A stretch of DNA of 63,181 bases. It comes from Verrucomicrobiales bacterium (GTDB lineage: Bacteria > Verrucomicrobiota > Verrucomicrobiia > Verrucomicrobiales > SLCJ01). The stretch covers positions 1-63,181 of the forward strand of contig JBJTQJ010000100.1 of assembly GCA_046075565.1 (NCBI GenBank), read 5' to 3'. The translations under genes were made by a program, and so were the position numbers. This document shows, piece after piece, positions 49,636-58,583 of the stretch. The notes under the pieces are model-generated. The model searched no databases, was not told where the DNA came from, and saw only the letters and a program-made list of their open reading frames with translations. Within the stretch, counting starts at the first letter, position 1. Each line of letters begins with the position of its first letter.

Positions 49636-51051
49636 TCACCGGTTCCGGTGCTTCTTGAAAATCTCCAGGGTCTTTTCCCTTTCCGTAGAGTGGTCGAGCA
49701 TGGGCAGAGGATAACCGCGGGCGAGGGGACGGTTGTCTTCGGGCGGGGCGTGGAGCCGCGAGGGCGCCGTGTCGCGCAATTCCGGGATCCATTGGCGGAT
49801 GTAGTGGCCGTCTGGATCGTGGCGTTTCGATTGGCTCCACGGATTCTGGATGCGGAAATAGGGAGCGGCATCAGCTCCCGTGCCGGCCGACCATTGCCAG
49901 CCACCGTTGTTGGAGGCGATTTCACCGTCGAGCAATTGTGTATTAAAATACATTTCTCCCGCCCGCCAGTCGAGATGGAGATCCTTGGTCAGGAACATGG
50001 AAACAATCATCCGCACCCGATTGTGCATGAAACCGGTGGCAGCGAGCTGGCGCATTCCCGCATCGAGAATCGGAAAACCAGTCATGCCGTCCCGCCAACG
50101 TGCGAAGGCCTTGGCATTTTCTTCCCAAGGCAGGCCGCGGAACTCCGCATTGTATTCCCAATCCAGCACCTCCGGCTGGTTGTGGAGGATTTGCATATAG
50201 AATTCACGCCACGCCAGTTCCTGCAGGAAGATTCGGTGACCATCGCGCTCGGCGGCAGTCGTGGCGCTCCGCATGGCGTCGGCCACCCGGGCGTGGACTT
50301 CCCGGATGGAGAGAAGCCCGTAGCGGAGATCCTGGCCGAGACGCGAAGTGGTTCTGCCGGCGGGAATGTCGCGGCGTTCCGCGTAAAACGGGATGGCGTT
50401 TTCGAGGGCGTATTTCAACCTTGCCCGGGCGGCTTTTTCTCCCGCTTCGATGGGATCCGGAGAAGGCGTGGGGCTCTCGATTTTCCACCATGAAAGGTCG
50501 GGCAGGGGAAGGCTGGAGATTTTATCGGGCACCTTGAAGGTGGGCACCTTGCCTTTCGGTTTGGTTTTCTCCATCGGCATCCAGACCCGGCAATACGGGG
50601 TAAAAACCCGGAAGGGTGTGGCCGATTGCGTCAACACCTCGTTGGCCTCATGGAGCACAACGTCTTTGTGGCCATGGCAGGTCCAACCTGACCTCGAGCA
50701 CAACTCGGCGAGTTTTGTCTCCACCGCCTTGCCGTGGGGATCGACATCGCGGTTAAAATGGATTGCGGTGGCTCCCGTTTCGCGAGCCAGTTGGGCGAGC
50801 ACTTCCACTGGCTCCCCGGCGCGGATGATGAGTCGGGCACCGGAGGCTTCAAGATTGGCCGACAAGGACCGGAGGCAGTCGCAGAGGAATTGCTGCCGGC
50901 GAGGTCCGGTCCATCGGTGCTTCTTCTTCCACGTGCTGAGAATATAAACGGGAATCACCGGACGGCCACAAGTGGCGGCGGCATTCAGCGATGGATTATC
51001 GGTGAGCCGGAGGTCGCGACGGAACCAGTGGATAACAGGAGTGGGATTCAT
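49636..51051 (-). CDS. phrB: CPD DNA photolyase (cryptochrome/photolyase family)
   Basis: WFRRDLRLTDN, TSRL, ELAWREF, TGFPILDAGMRQL, MHNRVRM, NNGGWQW. Confidence 0.92.
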   Translation of the reverse strand: MNPTPVIHWFRRDLRLTDNPSLNAAATCGRPVIPVYILSTWKKKHRWTGPRRQQFLCDCLRSLSANLEASGARLIIRAGEPVEVLAQLARETGATAIHFNRDVDPHGKAVETKLAELCSRSGWTCHGHKDVVLHEANEVLTQSATPFRVFTPYCRVWMPMEKTKPKGKVPTFKVPDKISSLPLPDLSWWKIESPTPSPDPIEAGEKAARARLKYALENAIPFYAERRDIPAGRTTSRLGQDLRYGLLSIREVHARVADAMRSATTAAERDGHRIFLQELAWREFYMQILHNQPEVLDWEYNAEFRGLPWEENAKAFARWRDGMTGFPILDAGMRQLAATGFMHNRVRMIVSMFLTKDLHLDWRAGEMYFNTQLLDGEIASNNGGWQWSAGTGADAAPYFRIQNPWSQSKRHDPDGHYIRQWIPELRDTAPSRLHAPPEDNRPLARGYPLPMLDHSTEREKTLEIFKKHRNR

Positions 51052-51455
51052 GGGTGACGGAGAGGAGACGTGGACTCCCGATCGGTGGTCCAGCGTTTGT
51101 TAATCAGTGGCAGATTCTCGACCGGCCATCGGTAGAGGTAGGCGTGGGCCCGGTGGGCACTTCCCCGGTCATCGAATACGCATACGGGGAGTCGTTGGTA
51201 TTCTCCGGATGCCAGGTTCTCGTAGTCGTCGAGCCGGGCGAGGGTTTCAGGGCCGATGAGAAAGATTTCCCCTTCGACAAATTGGCCGGGCGACTCCGCC
51301 TCGACCATGCCCGGGTAACCACCGGCATCGACTAGCGTGTAGCCGGGCGCGTAAACGAGAGGGCGGAACAAACGAGAACCCCCGAGGAGCCCATGTCGTC
51401 GATGGCCGCGTTTCAGCGTTCCATAGATGAACAAGGGGACATCCCCGGGGGTCAT
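51048..51455 (-). CDS. Gamma-glutamylcyclotransferase (AIG2-like) family protein
   Basis: LFIYGTLKRG, YPGMV, VEGE, LDDYE, YQR. Confidence 0.88.
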   Translation of the reverse strand: MTPGDVPLFIYGTLKRGHRRHGLLGGSRLFRPLVYAPGYTLVDAGGYPGMVEAESPGQFVEGEIFLIGPETLARLDDYENLASGEYQRLPVCVFDDRGSAHRAHAYLYRWPVENLPLINKRWTTDRESTSPLRHP

Positions 51456-51465
51456 GCGCGGGAAA

Positions 51466-51960
51466 TCAGTATTTGGTTAGGAAATCGTGCAGTTTCTTCA
51501 CATCTTGCTTGCGCAAGTTATGCGTGAGGTTCAATCCGAGACGCTTTTCCGCTTTTTGGCGGGCGTCGATGGCCATCTTTTTGGCTTTGCGGGCGCCGTG
51601 TTTTGACACGGGGAATTTCACAACTTTGCGGCGTCCGTCTTCGGGCCAGGAAGCAATCCAGGAAACTTTGGCTTCCTTGCTCCCGGCCTTCACGATACGA
51701 TTCTCGGTGACGCCGGTTTGTTTGCCCGTGGGCTTCCGCGCAGTGCTAACAACCGGAGCGGCATCCAATTTGGCTAAGAACGCCGCTAGGCACTTTTGCG
51801 CCGCCTCTTGCGACTTCTTCATCGACCCGGCCTGGCGGTCGGAGAAATAACGGGTGAAGACCTCCCCGTGGCGGGTCACGGAAACACGCCAGCCTTTGAA
51901 GCCGGTGGATTCGTAGGAGAAACGGGTGAGATTCAGTTTGGACTTCGGATTTGTTTTCAT
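51466..51960 (-). CDS. Basic protein with two AP2-like DNA-binding domains
   Basis: GWRVSVTRHGEVFTRYFSDRQAG...A and TGV...WIASWPEDGRRKVVKFPVSKHGARKAKKMAIDAR. Confidence 0.7.
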   Translation of the reverse strand: MKTNPKSKLNLTRFSYESTGFKGWRVSVTRHGEVFTRYFSDRQAGSMKKSQEAAQKCLAAFLAKLDAAPVVSTARKPTGKQTGVTENRIVKAGSKEAKVSWIASWPEDGRRKVVKFPVSKHGARKAKKMAIDARQKAEKRLGLNLTHNLRKQDVKKLHDFLTKY

Positions 51961-51990
51961 GGGGATGGACTTCTTACTAACACAGATTAG

Positions 51991-52020
51991 ACAAATCGTG
52001 GCGATATGTCACGACTTTGT
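51991..52020. promoter_or_regulatory. Palindromic site in the divergent AP2-gene/lpxI spacer
   Basis: ACAAATCGTGGC-GATAT-GTCACGACTTTGT. Confidence 0.5.
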
Positions 52021-52103
52021 TACGTCCCGCTCAAAAAATCGGTTTCACGAATTTCCTTCGCATGGGATCTTGCGGGATGGGCGCGCCGGGGTCATGGTTG
52101 GCC

Positions 52104-52922
52104 ATGGAAACGATTGGTCTGATTGCCGGGAACGGAAACTATCCTCACGCCATCGTGGCGGGGGCCCGCCGTGCCGGGGTCCGGCGGGTGGTCGTGGCCG
52201 CTTTCGAAAACGAAACCCGGCCGGATCTGGAACAAGCCGTGGACGCGTTCCGCTGGATGCGGGTGGGGCAGTTAGGGAAACTGATTTCCTGGTTCAAATC
52301 CGAAGGCGCAGCACAGGCCATCATGGCCGGGCAAATCGCGCCCAAGAACCTCTTTGACCTCCGGCCTGATTTGCGAACGCTCATGCTGCTCGCCCGACTG
52401 AAAGAACGAAATGCGGAATCGATCTTCGGCGGAATCGCCGAGGAACTGGGCAAAGATGGGATCACTTTGTTGCCCGCGACCACCTTTCTCGAGGATCAGC
52501 TTCCGCCCCCGGGCCATGTTTACGGCCCCGATCTCGACAAACGCCAGCGTGAAGATGCCGCCTATGCCTTCCGCATGGCTAAGGAAACCAGCCGGCTCGA
52601 CATCGGCCAATCGGTGGTCGTGCGGCACGGTACGGTTCTGGCGGTCGAGGCCTTCGAAGGCACCAACGAGTGTATCAAACGCGGCGGGGCAATGGGCCGC
52701 GGCCAGGCTCTTTTGGCCAAAGTTTCCAAACCGAACCAGGACTTCCGATTCGATGTGCCGGTCGTTGGTCCGCAAACTGTGCGAGCCTGCCAAGAGGCCG
52801 GCGTCCGGGCCATCATCGTCGAGGCCCGCCGCACGCTCGTGCTTGAGCCCGACGAAACCGCCGCCTTGTGCCGCGAGCATTCCATCAGCATCGCGGCTAT
52901 GGAGGAGTCATTGGAGAAGTAG
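52104..52922 (+). CDS. lpxI: UDP-2,3-diacylglucosamine diphosphatase (DUF1009)
   Basis: GLIAGNG, LDIGQSVVV, LAVEAFEGT, KPNQDFRFDVPVVG. Confidence 0.9.
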   Translation: METIGLIAGNGNYPHAIVAGARRAGVRRVVVAAFENETRPDLEQAVDAFRWMRVGQLGKLISWFKSEGAAQAIMAGQIAPKNLFDLRPDLRTLMLLARLKERNAESIFGGIAEELGKDGITLLPATTFLEDQLPPPGHVYGPDLDKRQREDAAYAFRMAKETSRLDIGQSVVVRHGTVLAVEAFEGTNECIKRGGAMGRGQALLAKVSKPNQDFRFDVPVVGPQTVRACQEAGVRAIIVEARRTLVLEPDETAALCREHSISIAAMEESLEK

Positions 52923-52979
52923 GCTTGGGGAGCGGAAACAGAGCACCGTTGCTTGGCCGCGGCATGGTAGCCGGGCGAC

Positions 52980-55900
52980 TCAGTCCTCACCGCCCAGCAA
53001 CTTTTCCAGTCGCTTCGGTGATACCGGCACGCGGGTGCCAAGTTCTTGGGCGAAGACCGAGACACGGTATTCCTCGAGCATCCAGCGGTAGGTTTCCCGC
53101 TGATCTTCCGGCACACGGGCGGCGGCTTCAACCCATGGAGCGATGAGCCGGGCACGTTCCACGTCGCGCGCTGGTTGGAGGCTGGCCCGTTCGGAGCGCA
53201 TGGCCAGGGCCTTGAGGTAGCGGGGGATTTCCGGCAACCATTCGTGGGGCACGGTGGCCAGCAGATCCGGCGGGACCAATCGGGCAAGGTCGTTTTCCCA
53301 TCCGGGATGGCGTTTGTTGGCGCGCAGATAGGCCTGGCGGGATTCCTCGATTTCGCCGAGCAGTTGCTTCACCCGATGGGCGAGCCGGGCCAAGGACTTC
53401 GCGCCATTCGCGCAGAGTTCGCGGAAGCGAGCTTCTTCCAGCGGACGTGGTGGTTCGAGGCGGAGTGCGAAAGCGAGAATGTGTTCCATGGCCTGGCTCG
53501 GCAGGTCAGCAACTGGCGCGGCCGGACCGGTACTGGTTCCGCTTGCTGGGCGCACGGGCAAGGCAGCCAGGGCATCGCCCCAGGCTTTGGCGGGTTCCGG
53601 TTTGCGGGCAAGGGGAGGACGAAGAGATTTCAGTTCTTTGGCCAGCCATGCGATGTCTTTGCCGAGGGCGCGTTCCGCGAGACAGCGGATGGCTGGTCGG
53701 CTGGCCCGGTCCGCTTCGGTGGCGGTGCGGAATAACAAAAGCGTGACACTATCACCATCGACCTGCAGTCCAGGATGACCGTGGGTGGCCATGCCATCGT
53801 GGCGGTCGATTTCAACGAGCAGGGGGACATCACCAAATGACCATGCGGTCAAACCCGGGCGGGCGAAGGCGCGGGCCACCTTTTCCCAGTTGTCGGGCCG
53901 GATTTCATTCGCGCGCACTAGTTCCTGCAGTTCGGTGAGGTCGCGTCCGCTGGCCAAGGTTTTGCCTTTTTGGTCGATAATTTCCAAACGCGGACGAAGA
54001 TGATGCGGCAATTCGGAGACCGAAAAATCGGTGGCGCTGGCTGTGATGCCATATTTGATCCTTAGGTGCGACGCGAGATGTGTTAGAAAGGCACCGGAGC
54101 CGGGTCGGAAAGACTCGGCGATTTCGCGGGCACGCGCTTCGATCGGCAACAACCGTTTGCGCAACGGCTTGGGGAGCGAACGCAGCAGATGACGCAGCAG
54201 ATCCTCGCGCAGACCGGGCACCATCCATAACAACTCGCCTTCCTCCAGATGGGCGGCCACGGGAGCGGGCACACGCAAGGTGACCCCGTCGCGTTCCTCG
54301 CCGGGCCGATAGTGGTAGTCAATGGGCAGGACCGTGTTCGCCACTGGCACCGCATCGGGGAAGAGTGCCGCCGCATCCGCGAATTCATCGCCGGTTTCGA
54401 GTTCCTCCTCGCTGGCACGCAGGATGTCCGGCTTGTCCTTCAAACGCGGGCGCAGCCAGGCATTGAGATCATGGGTCGAGGAAACCGCAGGCAGGCGCGA
54501 CTTGTAGTATCGGAAAAATGCTTCCTCAACGGCGAACATGCGGCTGCCGCGCAGGCGGCTGAGCGCGGTGGTCATCTTGTGGAATAGCCGCTGGTTGTGG
54601 ATGCGGAATCCGTGAGTGACCGGTGAGTCGTCGGCCAGCAAGGCACCACGGATAAAGAGACCGGTCGCGGCATCCGGGTCCACTTTTCCAAAGTCAATGG
54701 ATCGGCGCCGGAGTTCCAAGCCGTGCAGCAACACGCGTTCGAGACAGAGCACACGTTCCGCTTTGTCATCCCAATGGGGTTCGCCGTATTTGGTCTGGAC
54801 GAGGTGGGCACCGAGGTGCACGACCCATTCGGGATCGATGGCGGCGATCATACGCGCGAAGAGCCGGGAAGTCTGGACAATTTCCCCCGCGACAATCCAC
54901 TCTGGCTGGCGCGCGGGTTTGCCTTTCTCCGGTGTCTTCTCTTTTACCGGTTTCTCGTGCAATTGCGATCCGGGAAAGATCGCTGCTTGGCGCTGGCCCG
55001 AGGCTTTGTAGAGATTCCGCTCCTCCCGGCGGGCAATGTGGCCGAGATGACCGGCGAGGATACAGCGGTGCACGGCATCTTCGTCAACGCGGCGCTCGGG
55101 ATCCCACGGGCGGATCAAATCAGCTGCGTCCATCGACTCGGCGAGTTGACGCCAGAGGTCGCGCCATTCCCGGGTGCGGGCGAATGACAAATAATGTTGA
55201 TTGCAGAATTTGCGCATGGCCGAACTTCCCGAACCCGGCGGGGGCATGGCCATCCAGATGCGGAGCAGAGAGAGAAAGTCCGATTGCGGCGCGGCGAAGG
55301 CCTTGTGGGCGGCAGCCGCTTTCTCGCGGGCGTCGTCCGGTCGTTCGCGCGGGTCGGGCACGCTCATGCCCGATGCGATGACCAACAATTCCGGCAACAC
55401 CTTTTCCTCGCGGGCTTGCAGGAGCATACGTGCCAGAGTTGGGTCGACAGGCAGTCTCGCGAGCGAACGTCCGAGCGGCGTGAGATCCTCGGTGTCGCCG
55501 AGCGCTCCCAGTTCATGCAGCAATTGGTGGCCGGCCCGAATGGCAGCGGGCGCCGGGGGATCGATGAATGGAAAAGTCTCGATGTCGCCCAGCCGGAAAG
55601 CCTTCAGGCGGAGAATGACCTCCGCCAGATTCGCCCGCTGGATTTCCGGAGTCGTGTAGGCATCACGGGAAAGAAAGTCCTTCTCGTCATAGAGGCGAAT
55701 GCAAACCCCGGGACGAACGCGGCCCGCGCGTCCGGCGCGCTGGTTGGCGCTGCTTTGCGAGATTTCTTCGATGGGCAGTCGTTTGGTGCGCGTGCGCGGA
55801 TTGTATCGGCTCATCCTCGCCAGTCCGGAATCCACGACATGAGTGATGCGGGGAATGGTCACGGAAGTTTCCGCGACATTGGTCGAGACAATGACCCGAC

Positions 55901-56741
55901 GGAGCCGTCCGGGGTTAAACACCTTTTGTTGTTCAGCGGCGGGAAGGCGACCGTAAAGCGCGAGCACTTCGGCCCGGGAACGCAGGCGTCCTTCTAACAA
56001 ATCCACCGCTTCACGGATGTCGCGTTCGGTGGGCAGGAAAACCAGCACGTCACCATCGGTGGATTCGTCGAGGCAACTCATGGCCGCCGCGGCGGCCGAT
56101 TCGACGTGACCCGGATCCTCGTCGTCATCCTCGTCCTCGCCCCAATGGGCGAGGGGAAGATGGCGGACTTCCACCGGATACGATCGCCCGGAAACTTCGA
56201 TGACCGGCGCGTTGCCGAAGGCTTTCGAGAAGGCGGCCGTATCGATGGTCGCGGAGGTGATCACGACATGTAGATCCGGACGTTTCGGCAGGATCGATAT
56301 CAAATGCCCGAGCAGGAAGTCGATGTTGAGCGACCGCTCATGCGCCTCGTCGAGGATAATTGTCGAGTAGGCCCGCAGCATGGGATCGCCCTGGACCTCC
56401 GCGAGCAGGATACCATCGGTCATGAATTTCACCCGCGTCTCCGGTCCGGTCTGATCCTGGAAGCGGATCTTGCAGCCGATTTCCCGGCCGAAAGAGAAGC
56501 CGGTTTCCTCGGCCACGCGCCGGGCAATGCTGGTGGCCGCGACGCGTCGGGGTTGGGTGCAACCGATGATGCCGCGCTGCTTTTCCCCGCGTGCTTCCCA
56601 ACACATCTTGGGCAACTGGGTGGTCTTGCCGGAACCGGTTTCCCCGCAGAGCACGAACACCTGGTGGCGTTCGATGGCCGCGACGATCTCTTCCCGCCGG
56701 GCGGAAATGGGCAGAGCTTCGGGATAGCGGAAAACCGGCAT
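52980..56741 (-). CDS. hrpA: ATP-dependent RNA helicase HrpA
   Basis: GETGSGKTTQLPK, DEAHERS, SAT, QRAGRAGR, C-terminal RWMLEEYRVSVFAQEL. Confidence 0.95.
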   Translation of the reverse strand: MPVFRYPEALPISARREEIVAAIERHQVFVLCGETGSGKTTQLPKMCWEARGEKQRGIIGCTQPRRVAATSIARRVAEETGFSFGREIGCKIRFQDQTGPETRVKFMTDGILLAEVQGDPMLRAYSTIILDEAHERSLNIDFLLGHLISILPKRPDLHVVITSATIDTAAFSKAFGNAPVIEVSGRSYPVEVRHLPLAHWGEDEDDDEDPGHVESAAAAAMSCLDESTDGDVLVFLPTERDIREAVDLLEGRLRSRAEVLALYGRLPAAEQQKVFNPGRLRRVIVSTNVAETSVTIPRITHVVDSGLARMSRYNPRTRTKRLPIEEISQSSANQRAGRAGRVRPGVCIRLYDEKDFLSRDAYTTPEIQRANLAEVILRLKAFRLGDIETFPFIDPPAPAAIRAGHQLLHELGALGDTEDLTPLGRSLARLPVDPTLARMLLQAREEKVLPELLVIASGMSVPDPRERPDDAREKAAAAHKAFAAPQSDFLSLLRIWMAMPPPGSGSSAMRKFCNQHYLSFARTREWRDLWRQLAESMDAADLIRPWDPERRVDEDAVHRCILAGHLGHIARREERNLYKASGQRQAAIFPGSQLHEKPVKEKTPEKGKPARQPEWIVAGEIVQTSRLFARMIAAIDPEWVVHLGAHLVQTKYGEPHWDDKAERVLCLERVLLHGLELRRRSIDFGKVDPDAATGLFIRGALLADDSPVTHGFRIHNQRLFHKMTTALSRLRGSRMFAVEEAFFRYYKSRLPAVSSTHDLNAWLRPRLKDKPDILRASEEELETGDEFADAAALFPDAVPVANTVLPIDYHYRPGEERDGVTLRVPAPVAAHLEEGELLWMVPGLREDLLRHLLRSLPKPLRKRLLPIEARAREIAESFRPGSGAFLTHLASHLRIKYGITASATDFSVSELPHHLRPRLEIIDQKGKTLASGRDLTELQELVRANEIRPDNWEKVARAFARPGLTAWSFGDVPLLVEIDRHDGMATHGHPGLQVDGDSVTLLLFRTATEADRASRPAIRCLAERALGKDIAWLAKELKSLRPPLARKPEPAKAWGDALAALPVRPASGTSTGPAAPVADLPSQAMEHILAFALRLEPPRPLEEARFRELCANGAKSLARLAHRVKQLLGEIEESRQAYLRANKRHPGWENDLARLVPPDLLATVPHEWLPEIPRYLKALAMRSERASLQPARDVERARLIAPWVEAAARVPEDQRETYRWMLEEYRVSVFAQELGTRVPVSPKRLEKLLGGED

Positions 56742-56839
56742 CGGACGCGCACTTTCCGTTGCCCCGGGGGATCATTCAAGTCGCAGTCGACACGCACGGA
56801 CGCTTGCCAAATCGCCGCCGTGCCTCCATCATGATATTT

Positions 56840-57619
56840 ATGCTTCCAGAAAAATTCTCCGCCAAGGTCGGTGTGGTGCTCGGCTCGGGACTCGGTGGCG
56901 GGCTCAACGGCTTCTCCGTCACCGGTGAGCTACCGTATGATGGAATTCCCGGTTTGCCCGCACCCACCGTCCCCGGGCATGGTGGAAAATTCATCCGCTA
57001 CGAGATCGACGGGATTCCTCTGCTCGCTGCTTCCGGGCGCATCCATCTCTACGAGGGGCATCCCGCGCGCGACGTCGGGGCCATCGTGCGATTGTTGCAC
57101 GGCGCGGGAGTGCGTTGCCTGTTGCTCACCAATGCGGCCGGCGGCGTGCATTTCGATTGGCCGCCGGGCACCTTCATGCGCATCACCGACCACCTCAATC
57201 TAACCGGCACTTCGCCGCTGGAGGGGGCACCGAATTTCCAGGACATGACCCGCGCCTACGACGTGGAGTTGGGTGGTGCCCTGGATGTCGCGGCCGATGA
57301 AGCGGGCTTGGTCATCCGCCATGGGGTTTACGCGGGATTACGCGGCCCACAGTATGAGACTCCGGCTGAGGTCCGCATGTTGCGAGCGTTGGGAGCGGAC
57401 ACCGTTGGAATGTCCACCGTGCTGGAGACCTTGCAGGCCCGCGCCCTCGGCTTGAAGGTGGCCGGGCTATCGCTGGTGACCAACTTGGCGGCGGGAGTGG
57501 GGGAAAGCCCGCTCGACCACCATGAGGTCATGGAAGCGGGGCGCGCCGCCGCCGCCGGGTTCGGAAAATTGGTGGCCGCCTGGCTGCCGGAAGCCGCTCG
57601 GCTTGCCGAAAACACTTGA
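56840..57619 (+). CDS. Purine-nucleoside phosphorylase (trimeric type)
   Basis: VLGSGLG, GRIHLYEG, TNAAGG, GPQYETPAE, VGMSTV, VTN. Confidence 0.92.
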   Translation: MLPEKFSAKVGVVLGSGLGGGLNGFSVTGELPYDGIPGLPAPTVPGHGGKFIRYEIDGIPLLAASGRIHLYEGHPARDVGAIVRLLHGAGVRCLLLTNAAGGVHFDWPPGTFMRITDHLNLTGTSPLEGAPNFQDMTRAYDVELGGALDVAADEAGLVIRHGVYAGLRGPQYETPAEVRMLRALGADTVGMSTVLETLQARALGLKVAGLSLVTNLAAGVGESPLDHHEVMEAGRAAAAGFGKLVAAWLPEAARLAENT

Positions 57620-57659
57620 GTTTTTCACGAGTGTCGCCAACGGTTAATCCCGTTGCCCC

Positions 57660-58106
57660 ATGCCCGTCAATTCCGATACACTCTATTCGCTTGTCTACAT
57701 CAGCCGCGAGACCGCGCCGATGTCCCGTCAGGAATTGCTCGCCTTGCTCGCCCAGAGCCGGCCGAAGAACCAGGCCCGGAATATCACCGGCTTGCTTGTG
57801 CATAAGGCCGGTCACTTCCTCCAGGTCCTTGAAGGCCCGAAGGACAATATGGAAGCCCTGATGGCAACCATTGCCGCCGACTCACGCCACCAGAAAGTTT
57901 CAATTCTCGTGCGTGATGCCATCGAGCAGCGGCGCTTCGGGAATTGGTCCATGGCCCTCGCCGATTGGCCGGAGGAAGACGCCGCCACCACCAAGGCGTG
58001 GTCCCACCTCCTCGATGAATTCGCGCGTTCGCAGGCCCGTTTTGGTCCCGTCGCAGGTCTCATCGATTTCACCATCTCCCTGGCCGGAAAAAGATATCTG
58101 GAGTGA
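57660..58106 (+). CDS. Short BLUF blue-light photoreceptor
   Basis: LVYIS (Tyr), N...ITGLL, FLQVLEG (Gln), DSRH, RRFGNWSM. Confidence 0.92.
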   Translation: MPVNSDTLYSLVYISRETAPMSRQELLALLAQSRPKNQARNITGLLVHKAGHFLQVLEGPKDNMEALMATIAADSRHQKVSILVRDAIEQRRFGNWSMALADWPEEDAATTKAWSHLLDEFARSQARFGPVAGLIDFTISLAGKRYLE

Positions 58107-58116
58107 GGGAATTTGG

Positions 58117-58573
58117 GATTGAAGATTGAAGATTGAAGATTTTAGGTGGCCAGTCCTGCCGGGATCGCCGACAGCCTGCCCGCCGGAGATTTTGGCCACG
58201 CTGGGATCGCCGACGACCTCGTCGGCATGTCTGAGTCGTAGTGCGAAGCCACTCTGCTGAAGCGGAACGCCTTCGCGTTCCGTCGGGAAAGGACGCGGCA
58301 GCTCGCACAGCATCCCACATCTCCCCCGCGAGCATCGGACACGACCCATCGGGATCGCGTCCCTCCGTCTTCCAACTTGACTCACGAACCGGCCACGCTG
58401 GGATCGCCGACGTCCTCGTCGGCATTTTTGATTCGTAACGCGAAGCCATTCTCCTGTAGCCCCGACATGGTCGGGGACGCGTCGGGAACGCCTTCGCGTT
58501 CCGTCTGGAAAAGACGTCACTCGTAGGCTGAGTTCCGGAGTCCCTCACCCGACACCGGAAGCGGTGCCGCAAC
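58117..58573. repeat. GATTGAA heptamer run plus BIME-like REP mosaic containing a ~100-bp direct repeat
   Basis: (GATTGAA)x3; 58194-58296 repeated at 58391-58516 with an extra hairpin inserted; further hairpins at 58336-58367 and 58550-58573. Confidence 0.8.
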
Positions 58574-58583
58574 CGAAGGCACT

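Noticed and set aside
51996-52014. CRP/FNR site
   Set aside because: Half-site spacing is 7 rather than 6, so it is reported only as an unassigned palindrome.
58194-58516. Possible CRISPR array
   Set aside because: Only two long degenerate units with no regular unique spacers, and no cas genes; fits a REP mosaic.
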